From: an uncultured Armatimonadetes bacterium
GTDB lineage: Bacteria; Armatimonadota; Hebobacteria; Hebobacterales; Hebobacteraceae
NCBI GenBank assembly: GCA_963716175.1
Contig: OY970296.1
Coordinates: forward strand, 608,001 to 672,000
Length of the DNA: 64,000 nucleotides
Direction of reading: 5' to 3'
Positions within the stretch are counted from its first letter, which is position 1. Each line of letters starts with the position of its first letter. A program made the position numbers and the translations under genes. The notes beneath the pieces were generated by a model. The model saw nothing but the letters and a program-made list of their open reading frames with translations. It searched no databases and was not told the origin of the DNA. Shown in pieces: positions 29,253 to 40,261 of the stretch.

Positions 29253-30410
29253 TCAGCGGCCCTCCTGGTAACGCCTATCTATCCTCACTCGGCGGAGGCA
29301 GTTGTTGCCGTAGTCGGCGACAAAGACATCACCGCCAGGACCCAGGGCCAGGCCCGCGGGTGATGAGAAGCGAGCCAGATTCCCGTAGCCATCGGCATAT
29401 CCGGTGGAGGCCGCTTCTCGTTCTCCCGCCACCAGTGACAGACGATCGCCGACGATCCTGAGCAGGCAGTGATCTCCGGCGTCCGCCACATAGATCGCCT
29501 GGTCTCGCGCCGCCAGCCCGGCCGGCGCCTTCGGGCCCTTCTCTCCTGGTTCGGGTTGCCAGCGCCGCAGTGGTCCCTCGCGCGGGCCCACCCAGAGGCC
29601 CCCTCCTGCGGTGTCCGCCACCCATAGTTTCCCTCCGGCGGCAAGCACCAACTCCGTAGGCGCCTGCAGCGCCTGGCCCCCCACCGTCGCCAGTGTGGTG
29701 ACCTCGCCAGCCGGAGAAATGCGCCGCACCCGGCCGTTCCCGGCGTCGGCCGCGTAGACGGTCCCCGTCTCATCCACCGCCAGCCCCGCGGGATAGCGAA
29801 ACTGGGCTTCGGCCGCGCGGCCATCTCGGTAGCCTCCAACAGGCCGGCCCAGATCATCGCGCTCAGTGTCGGCGCCAGCGAAGGTGGAGACCCGGCCCGA
29901 CGGAGTGACACGGCGGAGGCGATGGTTGCCCGTGTCGGACACCAGCAGGCTGCCGTCCGGCGCCAGCGCCACCCCCGCGGGGGACGAGAAGCGGGCCTCG
30001 GTTCCCACTCCATCGGCGAATCCGCCCACCGCGTCTTCTGCCGGGGCCCCGGCGAGGGTGCTGACCACACCCGTCGGGGTCAGCTTCCGGATGCAGTGGT
30101 TGCGGCTGTCGGCGAGGTAGACGGTTCCGTCCGCGCTCACCGCCAATCCGGCCGGACCGCGGAACAGCGCCTCCGACCCGGGCCCGTCCCGGTATCCAGG
30201 TTGCGGGCCGCCCGCGAGAGTGGTCACGGTCACACCCGGCTTGCCCACCGGCGCGGCGGTCTCGGCCCCGTGTCCGCCGCCTCCGCCGCGCATGGGCAAC
30301 CGCTGTCCACCGGGCCCGCCCATCAGACCCCGCCAGTACACTACCTGGACCACCACCAGGGTCAGCAGGATAGCCGCCACCACAATCCACGGGGAGATCT
30401 CTTTCTTCAT
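29253..30410 (-). CDS. Membrane-anchored NHL-repeat beta-propeller protein
   Basis: N-terminal TM, repeated F..P.GLAV...G.VYLAD..NH.IR units. Confidence 0.88.
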   Translation of the reverse strand: MKKEISPWIVVAAILLTLVVVQVVYWRGLMGGPGGQRLPMRGGGGGHGAETAAPVGKPGVTVTTLAGGPQPGYRDGPGSEALFRGPAGLAVSADGTVYLADSRNHCIRKLTPTGVVSTLAGAPAEDAVGGFADGVGTEARFSSPAGVALAPDGSLLVSDTGNHRLRRVTPSGRVSTFAGADTERDDLGRPVGGYRDGRAAEAQFRYPAGLAVDETGTVYAADAGNGRVRRISPAGEVTTLATVGGQALQAPTELVLAAGGKLWVADTAGGGLWVGPREGPLRRWQPEPGEKGPKAPAGLAARDQAIYVADAGDHCLLRIVGDRLSLVAGEREAASTGYADGYGNLARFSSPAGLALGPGGDVFVADYGNNCLRRVRIDRRYQEGR

Positions 30411-30429
30411 CCGATGCCCGCCTCGCGCC

Positions 30430-31506
30430 TCAATCGCCCAAGAGCTGCCGCGCCCGCGCCCAGGCGGTGAGTGGGCGCTTGGCCACGGTCGTAGTCTTGC
30501 CGATTCGCAGCACTAGGTATTGATCCTCGCCTATCACGCGGGTGCCCATCGTCCCGGGCGGGCGGCTGTAAATGACCCGCTGCTCTCCCCTCCTTTTTCC
30601 CAGATGCCAGAGCACCTCCTTATCCTGCGCGTACAGCCGTCTGCCGGACCCCAACAGCTCCGCCTCCGGGCCCAGCCAATCGCCAATAACTTGCGTGGGC
30701 CCGCCGCCCAGGGGCTGGCGCTTCACTGCCAGGTACTGCCGCGGATCGGCCGCCTCCTGGGAGAAGGAGGTCCATGCCACCGCGTCCTGCAGCAGCACCG
30801 CCTGCTGGGCGCCGGTTTCAACGGCCAGCGTCTGAGGCCGGCTGCCTGGCGCGCAGTACCTCAGGCTCGCGCTCTGCTCCGGTCCCCCACCCTCTCGCTG
30901 AAGCCAGTAGACCTGCCGGCCCGCAATCCCCAGCAGATCGGCGAGCGGCCGGCGCGCGCCTTGCTGGGTCGTCGGGGCATCAAGCGGCATGGCCGCGACG
31001 AAGGAGATGGGCCCTCCTGTCTCGGAGATGGATCGGATCGCGGTCACCGGCGCGGCGGCCGCAATGAAAGGCACGCCGGGCAGCGCCGCCGGCCTCTCCT
31101 CCAGCCAGGCCACGAGCCCATCGCCCACGACCACCTGGGCGGCTTCGCCCTTGAGTGTCGCCAGGGCCTGGGGCTGGCCGTCGTTCAGGCTGACGGCCAG
31201 TAGCTGGCCTTCGCTCCCCTGCTCTCGCTTGGTGACGAAAGCTTTTCCGCCGGCCAGGGCCAAGCCCATCAGGCCCGATCCGGACCAGAGGACGCGTGGT
31301 CGCCGCCCGCGCCCAGCCAACCTGACGCGATCGCCGCCCGGGTCGGCCTCCAGCCAGGCTACCGCGCCTGACTGGCCCACAGGCAAGCCGGCGACTTCGC
31401 CCTGGACGTCGGCTACGGCGCGCGGCCTGCCAGAGCGGACATAGGCCAGCCAGGCCAGGGCCATGAGCAGGAGGAGCGCCAGAGCAGCCACCAGGTTGCG
31501 CCGCAT
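30430..31506 (-). CDS. Hypothetical exported/anchored beta-rich protein
   Basis: N-terminal hydrophobic anchor, repeated VAWLE/VYWLQ/VAWTS strands; first gene of the ABC operon. Confidence 0.6.
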   Translation of the reverse strand: MRRNLVAALALLLLMALAWLAYVRSGRPRAVADVQGEVAGLPVGQSGAVAWLEADPGGDRVRLAGRGRRPRVLWSGSGLMGLALAGGKAFVTKREQGSEGQLLAVSLNDGQPQALATLKGEAAQVVVGDGLVAWLEERPAALPGVPFIAAAAPVTAIRSISETGGPISFVAAMPLDAPTTQQGARRPLADLLGIAGRQVYWLQREGGGPEQSASLRYCAPGSRPQTLAVETGAQQAVLLQDAVAWTSFSQEAADPRQYLAVKRQPLGGGPTQVIGDWLGPEAELLGSGRRLYAQDKEVLWHLGKRRGEQRVIYSRPPGTMGTRVIGEDQYLVLRIGKTTTVAKRPLTAWARARQLLGD

Positions 31507-31659
31507 AGGCCATCCAAAACCGGGCGCGCTCAACTCGCCCGGCGAGTCCTTCCAGGTCCCGGTGAAACAGGGACCAGCACTTGCTCTACTGCTCTTCCAT
31601 TTGACAGCCGGCCCCGCAATCCTCTTGCTCCCAGCGCGGTCCCGGAAGCCGTGCCCGCG

Positions 31660-32412
31660 TCAGTAGCCGACCTGGTTGTACTCTCTCAGCGCGCGTTCGT
31701 TATACTCCCTGCCGTCGGGGCGATTCTGGCTCATATAGACGTGGGCGGGCTTGCCCAGGGTCTGGAGTTTCTCGATCACCTCTCCGCAGATCATCCAGCC
31801 AATGGTGGTGTGGGCGATGCCGGAAATGGGAAGGGCCTTGTGCGGCGGGTCCAGCAACTCAATGCAGGCGTCTCCATAGGGTGTGCAGCTGTCGATCACT
31901 ATGTCGGCCACTTCGTAGAGCCGTTTCCCGGAGGGGTGGGCTGACTGCACCTGGGCCGTGTAAGCCAAGGAGGTGAGGCCGATGACGGTGACGCCGATGC
32001 TGCGCGCCGCCAACGCGAGCTCGATCGGCTCGCGATTGCGGCCACTCACCGAGGCCAGCATCAGCACGTCGCCCGGGCGCATCTCGCTGCTGCGGACCGC
32101 GAGGCGGATGGCTTCGAGGTCGAGATCAGACGCCGTGCCCACTGACTCCGGCCGAGGCCGGTCCCGCAGGCAGTCCGCGATGGGGCTATCCACGTGAAAG
32201 CCGAACGAGAAGACCCTGGTCGCCATCAGCCCACCGGCTCTTCCGGTGAGCTCCCGCTCCCCGCCGTGGCCGATGCTGTGCACCCAGAAGGCCCCGCCCC
32301 GCGCCAGCGAGCCGGCCACGGCCTCGGCCGCACGCACGATGTTGGCCATCTGCGTGACCTCGATCTTCTGGACGACCTCGTGCACGGCATCCGCGTACTT
32401 GTGAGCGAGCAT
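31660..32412 (-). CDS. SIS-domain sugar isomerase-like protein
   Basis: GRAGGL, SVSGRN, HPSGKRLYEVADIVID..PYGD, SQN. Confidence 0.85.
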   Translation of the reverse strand: MLAHKYADAVHEVVQKIEVTQMANIVRAAEAVAGSLARGGAFWVHSIGHGGERELTGRAGGLMATRVFSFGFHVDSPIADCLRDRPRPESVGTASDLDLEAIRLAVRSSEMRPGDVLMLASVSGRNREPIELALAARSIGVTVIGLTSLAYTAQVQSAHPSGKRLYEVADIVIDSCTPYGDACIELLDPPHKALPISGIAHTTIGWMICGEVIEKLQTLGKPAHVYMSQNRPDGREYNERALREYNQVGY

Positions 32413-32461
32413 TTCGTCCTCCTCTATCGCCGGACTGAGGCCATGCTCTCCCCCCTGACGG

Positions 32462-33421
32462 CTACCCCTCGCGAGAGGGTCTGAAGGCCCGTCCGGTCTC
32501 CACTAGCCGGCCAACCAGGCCGGGTTCCCAATCCACGCCCATCTGCCGCAGCGCCAGCAGCGCCGCCCCCTCCGCGGGCTGCACCCGAGGCCAGACGGGG
32601 CGCATTTCGGGCGCGGCCTCCGCCAGACGGCAGCGCATCTCGTCCCACCAGATCCGCGACCCCTGGGCGACGCCCCCAATGGGGACGACCGGGATGGCGA
32701 GGTCCCGCATTCCCAGCTCGCCAATCTGGTCTGCCGCGAGACCGGCTAGCTCGCGGGCGGATTGCCGCACGCACTCAACCGCGACCCGATCGCCCGCTTC
32801 CGCCTCCCTGTCTACTGCTCTGGCCAGAGCCGCGATCTGGCGCCGGCCCATGTTCTCCACATAGACCAGCCGGAAGACCCCCCTCAGGTCGGCTACGCCC
32901 AGCGCCCGCGGCAGCGCCGCAGCCAGGCTGGTGCGGCGCGACTCGGTCCAGCCGGAAGCGAAAGCTGCCCGCAGCCCGCGCAGGCCAATCTCGTAGGCGC
33001 TGCCGTAATCATTCAGCACCGGCCCGAGGCCGCCCCAGTGCAGATGACGACCGTCCGGGCGCCGGCTGTGCACAAACGAGCCCGTGCCGGAGAGCACCAC
33101 CAGACCCCACTGTTCCTGGGCGGAGGCGAAGGCCGTCTCCACTTCATTGGTCACCAGGTAATGCACCGCCTCGCCGGTTGCCGGGAACACCTCGCGAAAC
33201 CTGCCCTCGGGCAGGTAGCCCGCAGTCCAGCATTCAGCCGCGACCACGCCGGCCAGCGCGCTTGCGATCGCCTCCCGGTAGGAGGCGGCCACCACCTCGG
33301 GCGAATCGTAGTAGACATGGGTGGGGCCGCCCCGGCCCCAACCCGCGACGGCGCCGGTCTCGGCGACCAACACCGCGTCGCACTTGGACCCCCCGCCATC
33401 AATGCCGAGCGCGTACCTCAT
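32462..33421 (-). CDS. BadF/BadG-type N-acetylglucosamine kinase-like sugar kinase
   Basis: GIDGGGSK, SGTGS, GGLGPVLNDYGSAY.IG. Start MRYALG at 33421. Confidence 0.85.
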   Translation of the reverse strand: MRYALGIDGGGSKCDAVLVAETGAVAGWGRGGPTHVYYDSPEVVAASYREAIASALAGVVAAECWTAGYLPEGRFREVFPATGEAVHYLVTNEVETAFASAQEQWGLVVLSGTGSFVHSRRPDGRHLHWGGLGPVLNDYGSAYEIGLRGLRAAFASGWTESRRTSLAAALPRALGVADLRGVFRLVYVENMGRRQIAALARAVDREAEAGDRVAVECVRQSARELAGLAADQIGELGMRDLAIPVVPIGGVAQGSRIWWDEMRCRLAEAAPEMRPVWPRVQPAEGAALLALRQMGVDWEPGLVGRLVETGRAFRPSREG

Positions 33422-33525
33422 CCCATTCCAGCCCGGAACCACGCGATCACGCCAACCGGTGTCCGCCCTTGCGTGGGGTGCATTCCGCAGGCGAGCAGAC
33501 GAGTCCTGCCGTTTCGCCTCCAAGA

Positions 33526-33550
33526 GGGCAGGAGCAAGCTCCTGCCCAAC
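33526..33550. repeat. REP-like palindrome
   Basis: GGGCAGGAGC-aa-GCTCCTGCCC-AAC; same core as 51886..51909. Confidence 0.7.
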
Positions 33551-33574
33551 GAACGGAACCCACGGAGACGAAGC

Positions 33575-34822
33575 ATGGAGCTAAGCGAGGCCTTGAGGGC
33601 GGCGGCTGCGCGGGGTCTGAGCGAAGCGCGCGAGCTGCTGTGCGACCTGATCCGACTTCCCACCGTGACCGGCCAAGAGCAGCCGGCGGTAGACTATCTC
33701 CTGACCCGCTGCCAGGAACTGCAAGGGCAGGCCGAGCTGGTCCCGATTCCGAGCGGCATCACGGACGATATTGACTACAGCTTCGGCGATGTCGCCTTCG
33801 ACTACCACGACCGGCCGAACCTGGTCTTCCAACGCCGCGGGAGCGGAGGCGGACAGAGCCTGATAATCTCCACCCACCTGGACGTGGTGCCGGCCGCGGA
33901 CTGGGCCGAGGCCTTCGCGCCGAGGGTGGAGGGCGATCACGTGGTGGGAAGAGGCGCCTGTGACGCGAAAGGCCAGGCAGCCGCGGTATGGTTGGCCCTA
34001 TGGCTGCTGGACGCGGTTGGAGTCAGGACGAAGGGGACAGTGGAGGCGCAGTTCGTGATCGAGGAGGAGATCGGCGGCAATGGCGCCCTGGGGATCATCC
34101 TCGCGGGCCGTCGGGCCGACGCCGCGCTGGTCGTGGAAGGAACGGACTTGCAGGTTCATCCCGCCAACCGCGGGGCCATCTGGTACCGGATTCGAATTGA
34201 GGGCAAGTCGGTGCACATGGGCCGCATACGGGAGGGCATCAGCGCGCACGATAAGGCGATGGAGGTGATCGAGATCCTGCGCCGCTACGAACGGAGGTTG
34301 ATGGCGGAGAGCAAGGGAGTCCCTCTGTTCGAGCGCTACCAGCAGCCGGTGCAGGTGAATGTAGGAGTGGTGCGCGCCGGCGACTGGCCTGCGACGGTCC
34401 CCGGCGAATGCCTGATCGAGGGCGGAGTCGGTTTCCTGCCCAATAAGCGCATGGCGGACGTGAAGCGCGACCTGGAAGAGGCGATCCGAGGCCAGGCCGA
34501 TGAGTGGACGCGGCGACATTTCACCCTGGACTTCCCGAAGCTCCACAATGAGGCCTACCAGACCGATCCCGGTCACCCCTTCGTGAGGGCGGTGGCCGCG
34601 GCCTGCGACGAGGCCGGGCTGAAGTCCGAGGTGTTCGGGTGGAACGTGAGCTGTGACGCCCGGCTCTACTATCATCGGGGCAAGATGCCAACCGTCGTGT
34701 TCGGCCCAGGCAAGCCCGAACAAGCACATTCCAGGGGAGAGCGGATCGCCATGAGCCAGATCGGAGAGGCGGCCATTGCCATCGCGCTGCTGATCGCGCG
34801 CTGGTGCGAGGCGGCTAGCTGA
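33575..34822 (+). CDS. M20-family deacylase (ArgE/DapE-like)
   Basis: [36 protein letters not shown]....AH. True start MELSEAL at 33575. Confidence 0.9.
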   Translation: MELSEALRAAAARGLSEARELLCDLIRLPTVTGQEQPAVDYLLTRCQELQGQAELVPIPSGITDDIDYSFGDVAFDYHDRPNLVFQRRGSGGGQSLIISTHLDVVPAADWAEAFAPRVEGDHVVGRGACDAKGQAAAVWLALWLLDAVGVRTKGTVEAQFVIEEEIGGNGALGIILAGRRADAALVVEGTDLQVHPANRGAIWYRIRIEGKSVHMGRIREGISAHDKAMEVIEILRRYERRLMAESKGVPLFERYQQPVQVNVGVVRAGDWPATVPGECLIEGGVGFLPNKRMADVKRDLEEAIRGQADEWTRRHFTLDFPKLHNEAYQTDPGHPFVRAVAAACDEAGLKSEVFGWNVSCDARLYYHRGKMPTVVFGPGKPEQAHSRGERIAMSQIGEAAIAIALLIARWCEAAS

Positions 34823-35720
34823 TCGTCGCCTCCAGGCCGGCCTCCCGCGCCATCTGCACGAACCGCTCCAGTTGCTCCCGGCTCTGCGGCTCCCCGGCGA
34901 TTTCGTAGGGAAGGTCGAGCCATTCGTACTTGGCGCTGGCCGCGGCGTTGTATGGCAGCAGGGCCACCGATGGCAGGCCGACCTGACGCATGAAGGCGAA
35001 GATGCCGCGCAGATTCTCTTCGGTATCGGTGATGCCGGGGATGAGCGGGATGCGAACCTGAGTCTGGTACTCGGCCAGCCGGGCCGCGTTCTCCAGGATA
35101 CCCCCATTGGAGCGCCCAGTCCAGCGCAGATGCTCGTGCTCGTCCATCAGCTTGAGATCGTAGAGCACGAGGTCGGAGTGCGCGACCAGGCGCGCCAGCT
35201 GCGACCAGGCGCAGGCGCCATTGGTCTCGATAGCGGTGTGGACGCCGGCGGCACGGCAGCCCTCCAGGACCGAGGCCGCGAACTCGGTCTGCGCGGTTGC
35301 CTCCCCGCCCGTGAGGGTGATACCTCCCCCCGAGTGTCCGAAGAACGGTCGCAGGCGCGACGCTCTTTCCACCAGCGCCCGCGCGGAGATGGCGTAGCCC
35401 TTGATCGCCAGCGCGCGCTGGGGGCAGTGCTCGACACAGCGGCCGCAGGTGAGGCAGACGCTACGGTCGAGGGAGTGCCCCCCATCCTCAACTCGGTGCA
35501 CGCCCTGGCTGCAGACCGCGGCGCAGCTTCCGCAGTAGGTGCACCGATCACGCAGGAAGATCAGCTCCGGCTCCGGGTTGCGCGATTCGGGGCTGTGGCA
35601 CCACTTACATCCCAGGGGGCAGCCCTTGAGGTAGACAGCCATGCGGATGCCAGGCCCGTCGTGAACCGCGAAGGTGTCTATGTCGAAGACGGTGCCTTCC
35701 CGGGTATCGCCCCAGGACAT
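34815..35720 (-). CDS. Glycyl-radical activating enzyme (radical SAM with 2x[4Fe-4S] insert)
   Basis: [45 protein letters not shown]. Confidence 0.95.
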   Translation of the reverse strand: MSWGDTREGTVFDIDTFAVHDGPGIRMAVYLKGCPLGCKWCHSPESRNPEPELIFLRDRCTYCGSCAAVCSQGVHRVEDGGHSLDRSVCLTCGRCVEHCPQRALAIKGYAISARALVERASRLRPFFGHSGGGITLTGGEATAQTEFAASVLEGCRAAGVHTAIETNGACAWSQLARLVAHSDLVLYDLKLMDEHEHLRWTGRSNGGILENAARLAEYQTQVRIPLIPGITDTEENLRGIFAFMRQVGLPSVALLPYNAAASAKYEWLDLPYEIAGEPQSREQLERFVQMAREAGLEATIS

Positions 35721-38059
35721 CAGCCACGCCCCTCCTGTCGGCGGATGTGGTGGGTCTGCTGTTCCCGGCTAAGCATGGTGAAGTAGGCGCACCACCCGCC
35801 CATGCGCACCCGCAAAGACTGGTAGCGGTCCGGCTCTCGCTGCGCTGCCCGCAGCTCCTCCGTGTCCGCCACGGTCAGGGTCATGATGGTCCCGCCGGTG
35901 TCCACGAAGCTGCGAATCAGGGCGGCCATGCGGCCCGTGCCTTCGCTGCCCTCCACCAATCGGCGCCCCAAGCGCAGGTCCAGGGGCGCGCCGGCCGGCA
36001 GTCTGGAGTGGTGCATCTTTCCATAGGACAGGATGCCGGCGGGAAGGCCGGCCAGATCCTGGCCCAAGGCCGGCGAGAAGTTCGACGAGACCGGCTCGCC
36101 GGCCAGCCGGCCGTCAGGGGAGGCGCCGAGTCCTTCGCCGATACCGATATACCAGGAGAAGGTGCCCACGCCGCAGGGGAATCTGACGGTGGTGCGGTGC
36201 CTATCGCCATGCCGGGCCACGGCCGCGACGAACGCGGCGATCACCTTCTCCCCCACCTCGTCGGCCTCTTCGTCATCATTGCCATACTTGGGCGCGGCGA
36301 GCAGCTTGGCGCGCAGCGGTGTGTAGCCCTCGAAGTTGGCCGCCAGCGCGTCGCACAGCTCCGACATGGAGGTGGCTAGGCCTTGGGCCGCCATGGCGGT
36401 CGCCGGGGGCGACATAGCCACCGCGCGCTGCTCGAAGATGACCCTCTTGATAGCGGTGAGCGAATCTATGGCATGTGCCGCGCTCTCGGCGAGCATCCCG
36501 AAGGTGCGGAACTTGGCGCCTCCCGCAGTGAGATCCTTGCGCGAGGAGATGCATCCCTGGATCAGCGCGCTGAGCAGCGGAACCGGCGCGATGGTGCTGC
36601 GATCATTGACAGCATCAACCACCTGCTGCACCACCCGTGCGACCATGGCATCCAGTTGGATGAGGAAGGCCTGCCAGACCTGGTCATAGCTGGCAAAGCT
36701 GCGGGGGTCGCCGGTGTCCGGGCCTTGCTGCAGGCCGTCGGGCCGAGCGCGGCCCCGGTTGAGCGCCCACTCCAGGCAGAGCATGAGGCTGAGGCGCTGA
36801 AAGACGAAGTCCGTGCGACCCGGGATGATCACTTCCCAGCAGCCGTCATTGGTGTAGTCCCGGGCATCGGGCGTGGGGATGCCCAGCCCCTCGAGCGCTG
36901 GAATCAGGGCCTCGTCATTGAACAGCGCGGGCATGCCGCCGCCGTCCTTCAGCACCTCGCAGACGCAGCCGATCAGCTCCTCCGGCGACCGGCGATGCAC
37001 TCGCACGCTGAACAAGGGATTGGTCATCTGGTTGCGGCGATAGCTCTCCAGCAGCAGGAACGTGAGCGCATTGGTGCCATCCCGGCCCTCCGGCGTGAGC
37101 CCACCGACGATGATGTTCTGCAGCCAATGGTTGGTGGCGTCCACATCATCGCGCGTCATGCTGATCTGAGAGGATGTGTAGTGCCGGGTGCGCCGCTCGG
37201 GGTCCACGGGCTCCGGCTGGCGGGCCTCGGGCCGCTGCTGCTCGGTGGTTTCAGCGCGCTCATTGAACTTCAGGCAGAAGCAATCCACCAGCTCGGCGGC
37301 GCGGTTGAGATCAATGCGCCCGGCTTCCAGGTCAGCCTTGAGATAGGGCCAGACATACTGGTCCAGCCGGCCCATGGCGTCTCCGTCCATGGTGGCGTGC
37401 AGGATCATGTGCAACAACCAGACCGACTGCAGCGCCTGCCAGAAGGTCTGAGCCGGCCCAGCCGGGGACTCGCGGAGGTTGGCCGCCATTTGCCGCAGCT
37501 CGCCAGCCCGCACCGACTCCGGCTCCGCTTCGGCCTCCGATTCGCAGCGCTCGGCCAGCCGGGAGGCGAAACCCATCACGCCCTCCAGGGCCACCACCAC
37601 GGAATCGAGGAACGCCTGCTCCTCCCGGCTCTGGGCGCGGGGCCGCTGCGCCTCGGCCTCGGCGCGCAGGCCGCGCAGCCCCTTGGAGAGCAGGGCCGGA
37701 TAATCCGGCACGATGTGACCGAACACCGACCAGATGCTCAGGCCGCGCTGGGCCGCGGCGGCGCGTTCGGCCTCCGTAATGTAGTCGGGAAACCTCCACT
37801 CGGCGTGCAGGCGGGGCTCCTCCAGAGTCATGGACCCCGCGAAGAGCTGGCCCGGCCAGAGATCGGTGGGCATGGCCGACAGCTTCAGGGCGACCGCGCG
37901 TGCCTTGCGGACTGCCAGGGGTTCTGACACGAACCGCTCGTCAATCCGCGCCGGGCAGTCCCAGCCTACCGGAGGCCGGCCCATGGCGGCGCGCACGCGG
38001 CGGCGCAGGTCGGCCACGCGCGCCGTGTCCGTCCGTTCCTGTGTCAGCGTGTCGAACAT
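35720..38059 (-). CDS. Glycyl-radical enzyme (PFL2-like superfamily), unknown substrate
   Basis: GRLDQY, Cys loop DGCWE, PKYGND, ASPDGR, C-terminal [12 protein letters not shown]; adjacent activase. Confidence 0.9.
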   Translation of the reverse strand: MFDTLTQERTDTARVADLRRRVRAAMGRPPVGWDCPARIDERFVSEPLAVRKARAVALKLSAMPTDLWPGQLFAGSMTLEEPRLHAEWRFPDYITEAERAAAAQRGLSIWSVFGHIVPDYPALLSKGLRGLRAEAEAQRPRAQSREEQAFLDSVVVALEGVMGFASRLAERCESEAEAEPESVRAGELRQMAANLRESPAGPAQTFWQALQSVWLLHMILHATMDGDAMGRLDQYVWPYLKADLEAGRIDLNRAAELVDCFCLKFNERAETTEQQRPEARQPEPVDPERRTRHYTSSQISMTRDDVDATNHWLQNIIVGGLTPEGRDGTNALTFLLLESYRRNQMTNPLFSVRVHRRSPEELIGCVCEVLKDGGGMPALFNDEALIPALEGLGIPTPDARDYTNDGCWEVIIPGRTDFVFQRLSLMLCLEWALNRGRARPDGLQQGPDTGDPRSFASYDQVWQAFLIQLDAMVARVVQQVVDAVNDRSTIAPVPLLSALIQGCISSRKDLTAGGAKFRTFGMLAESAAHAIDSLTAIKRVIFEQRAVAMSPPATAMAAQGLATSMSELCDALAANFEGYTPLRAKLLAAPKYGNDDEEADEVGEKVIAAFVAAVARHGDRHRTTVRFPCGVGTFSWYIGIGEGLGASPDGRLAGEPVSSNFSPALGQDLAGLPAGILSYGKMHHSRLPAGAPLDLRLGRRLVEGSEGTGRMAALIRSFVDTGGTIMTLTVADTEELRAAQREPDRYQSLRVRMGGWCAYFTMLSREQQTHHIRRQEGRG
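36372..36421 (-). mobile_element. 50-nt palindromic mini-element lying in frame inside the GRE gene
   Basis: Minus strand GTGGCTATGTCGCCCCCGGCGACCGCCATGGCGGCCCAAGGCCTAGCCAC matches 47820..47869 at 41/50 with no gaps. Confidence 0.7.
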
Positions 38060-38078
38060 CGCACCGGTGCCATTGTTG

Positions 38079-39251
38079 TCAGCTAGCGTAAGCTTGCTTC
38101 GCGGCAGCTATTGCCGCGCCACGGGCCTTCAGCACGCCCTGCTCGCGTAGCATCGCCTCCAACGCCTCCAGCAGTGAGGTGACATGACGCTCAGTGGCGC
38201 TCTCCCCCATCAAGCCGATCCGCCAGGCCTTGCCCTTGAACTCGCCCAGCCCTCCCCCCACCTCGATGCCGTACCGGTCGAGCAGCCCCTTGCGCACAAC
38301 AGCTTCGTCTACGCCTTCGGGGGCGCCGACCGCATTGAGCATAGGGAGTTGATGCTCCGGGTCGGCCAGATAGCGAATCCCGATCGCCCCCAGCCCGGCC
38401 TTCAGGGCGCGGTGATGGAGGGAGTGGCGCTCCCACCGAGCGGGCAGGCCCTCCTCCAGCACGATGCGCAGCGCCTCATGCAGGGCATAGTTCATGTTGA
38501 TGGGTGCAGTGTGGTGGTAGAGCCGCTCCGACCCCCAATACTGCCGCACCATGTTCATATCCAGATACCAGCTCTGCACCTTGGTCTTGCGCCCGGCGAT
38601 GACCTGCTCCGCGGCCGGACTGAAGGTGACCGGCGCCAGCCCCGGGGGACAGGAGAGGCATTTCTGTGTGCCGCTGTAGCAGGCATCCACGCGCCAGCCA
38701 TCCACATCCACCGGCATGCCGCCCAGACTGGTGACCGTGTCTACCAGAAGCAGCGCCCCGCCGGCGTGGACGACTTCGCCGATCTCGGGAATCGGCTGTG
38801 CCGCGCCGGTGCTGGTCTCGGCGTGCACGATGCCCACCAGCTTGAACGGCCCCTGCTGGGCGATAGCCTCCTCGACCTGGCGGGCCCGGATGACCTGGCC
38901 CCAGGGCACGCTGATCGCCGTCACCTGCGCGCCCGCGCGCTCGGCCACATCCTTCATGCGCTGACCGAACACGCCGGCCACGCACACCAGCATCTTGTCG
39001 CCTGTCTCGACCAGGTTCACCACGCAGGTTTCCATGCCGGCGGAACCGGTGCCGCTGACCGCCAGAGTGAGCTGATTGCGGGTCTGGAAGACGGCCTGGA
39101 GCATGTCGCGGATATCGTTCAGGACCCCGAGGAACTGCGGATCGAGGTGCCCGATGGTGGGCCGAGCCATTGCCTCCAGCACCCGCGGGTTCACATCGGA
39201 GGGGCCGGGGCCCATCAGCAGCCGCGGCTTGATCTCACTCACATTCACCAC
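38079..39251 (-). CDS. Class V PLP aminotransferase (alanine/serine-glyoxylate type)
   Basis: [47 protein letters not shown]. Confidence 0.93.
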   Translation of the reverse strand: MVNVSEIKPRLLMGPGPSDVNPRVLEAMARPTIGHLDPQFLGVLNDIRDMLQAVFQTRNQLTLAVSGTGSAGMETCVVNLVETGDKMLVCVAGVFGQRMKDVAERAGAQVTAISVPWGQVIRARQVEEAIAQQGPFKLVGIVHAETSTGAAQPIPEIGEVVHAGGALLLVDTVTSLGGMPVDVDGWRVDACYSGTQKCLSCPPGLAPVTFSPAAEQVIAGRKTKVQSWYLDMNMVRQYWGSERLYHHTAPINMNYALHEALRIVLEEGLPARWERHSLHHRALKAGLGAIGIRYLADPEHQLPMLNAVGAPEGVDEAVVRKGLLDRYGIEVGGGLGEFKGKAWRIGLMGESATERHVTSLLEALEAMLREQGVLKARGAAIAAAKQAYAS

Positions 39252-39285
39252 TTCCTCCCTGCTCTGGAGTGGCAGCGGCTCAAGG

Positions 39286-40182
39286 CTACCTCGCGGGCGC
39301 GTTCATCTCGTCATCAGTCTGATAGATAGCTGCTGTCCCGCGGGGGAGATCGGCCATATCGAACTCGGGTCTGAACGCCTCCACCAGGGCGACGTTCTTC
39401 GCCACTTCCTCCGGCCAGCGCATTCCCACATTCGCCACATGCACGCGGCTGTCGGAGAGCACGTACTTCAGTGCCACCTCGTAGAGGTCATGCGCCTCCT
39501 GCCACCGCGGAGCCAGGTAGGAGACCAGGCGCTGGAAGATGCCGGAGGTCATGGGCCGCATCAGCACCACGCCCATGTCCGCCTCCCTCGCATCGTTCAA
39601 GACATGCTCGGCCGCCGACTGGTAGATTAGATTGTAGCGCACCTGGATTAGATCGAACTCGCCGCTGGCGATGAGGGGACGCGCCGTCCACGGCTCCTCC
39701 ACGGTGAACCCGATGAACCGCACACGGCCTTTGTCGCGCTGGGCCTGTACCGCATCCAGAAGGCCGCCCTTGAGGATGCGATCAACTTCCTCCTGGGTGT
39801 ACATGCCGCCGTGAAACTGCATGATATCAATGACATCGGTTCGCAGCCGCCGCAGAGAGGCCTCAACGCTCTTGGTCACGTCGGCCGCGGAAGTATCACC
39901 CCAATAGCCCACCTTGCTCGCCAGCACGAACCGATCCCGGAGCCCCTGGGTGGCCTCGCCGACGATGGACTCGCTGTTGCCATTGCCATAGCTGGGCGCG
40001 GTATCCAGGAAGTTGATCCCCGCGTCCAGGGCGGCGCGGATTGTCCCTATGGCAACACTCCGGCCTTCCGGCGTGAACGGATCCCAGCCGCGGGCGCGGT
40101 TGACACCGCCGAAGGGATACCCTCCCAGACCCAGGCGAGTGACCTCCAGGTTCGTTTTGCCGAGACGGACGCGAGGTAGCAT
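39286..40182 (-). CDS. Aldo/keto reductase
   Basis: [37 protein letters not shown]. Confidence 0.9.
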   Translation of the reverse strand: MLPRVRLGKTNLEVTRLGLGGYPFGGVNRARGWDPFTPEGRSVAIGTIRAALDAGINFLDTAPSYGNGNSESIVGEATQGLRDRFVLASKVGYWGDTSAADVTKSVEASLRRLRTDVIDIMQFHGGMYTQEEVDRILKGGLLDAVQAQRDKGRVRFIGFTVEEPWTARPLIASGEFDLIQVRYNLIYQSAAEHVLNDAREADMGVVLMRPMTSGIFQRLVSYLAPRWQEAHDLYEVALKYVLSDSRVHVANVGMRWPEEVAKNVALVEAFRPEFDMADLPRGTAAIYQTDDEMNAPAR

Positions 40183-40261
40183 GGTGACCTCTCTTAGTCA
40201 TCTTCAAGGGGGAGCCCTCACACCCCTGCTGCGAGGGAGCCTGCGAGGCACACCGCGCCGG

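Noticed and set aside
32762-33574. Apparent 270-aa N-terminal extension on the M20 deacylase
   Set aside because: Overlaps the opposite-strand kinase and a REP palindrome; a good start with GGAG RBS exists at 33575.
36383-37927. 514-aa plus-strand ORF
   Set aside because: Antisense to the GRE gene.
35720-38059. Pyruvate formate-lyase (pflB) call
   Set aside because: Single Cys in GCWE, not the CC pair; the activase has the ferredoxin insert typical of non-PFL GREs.
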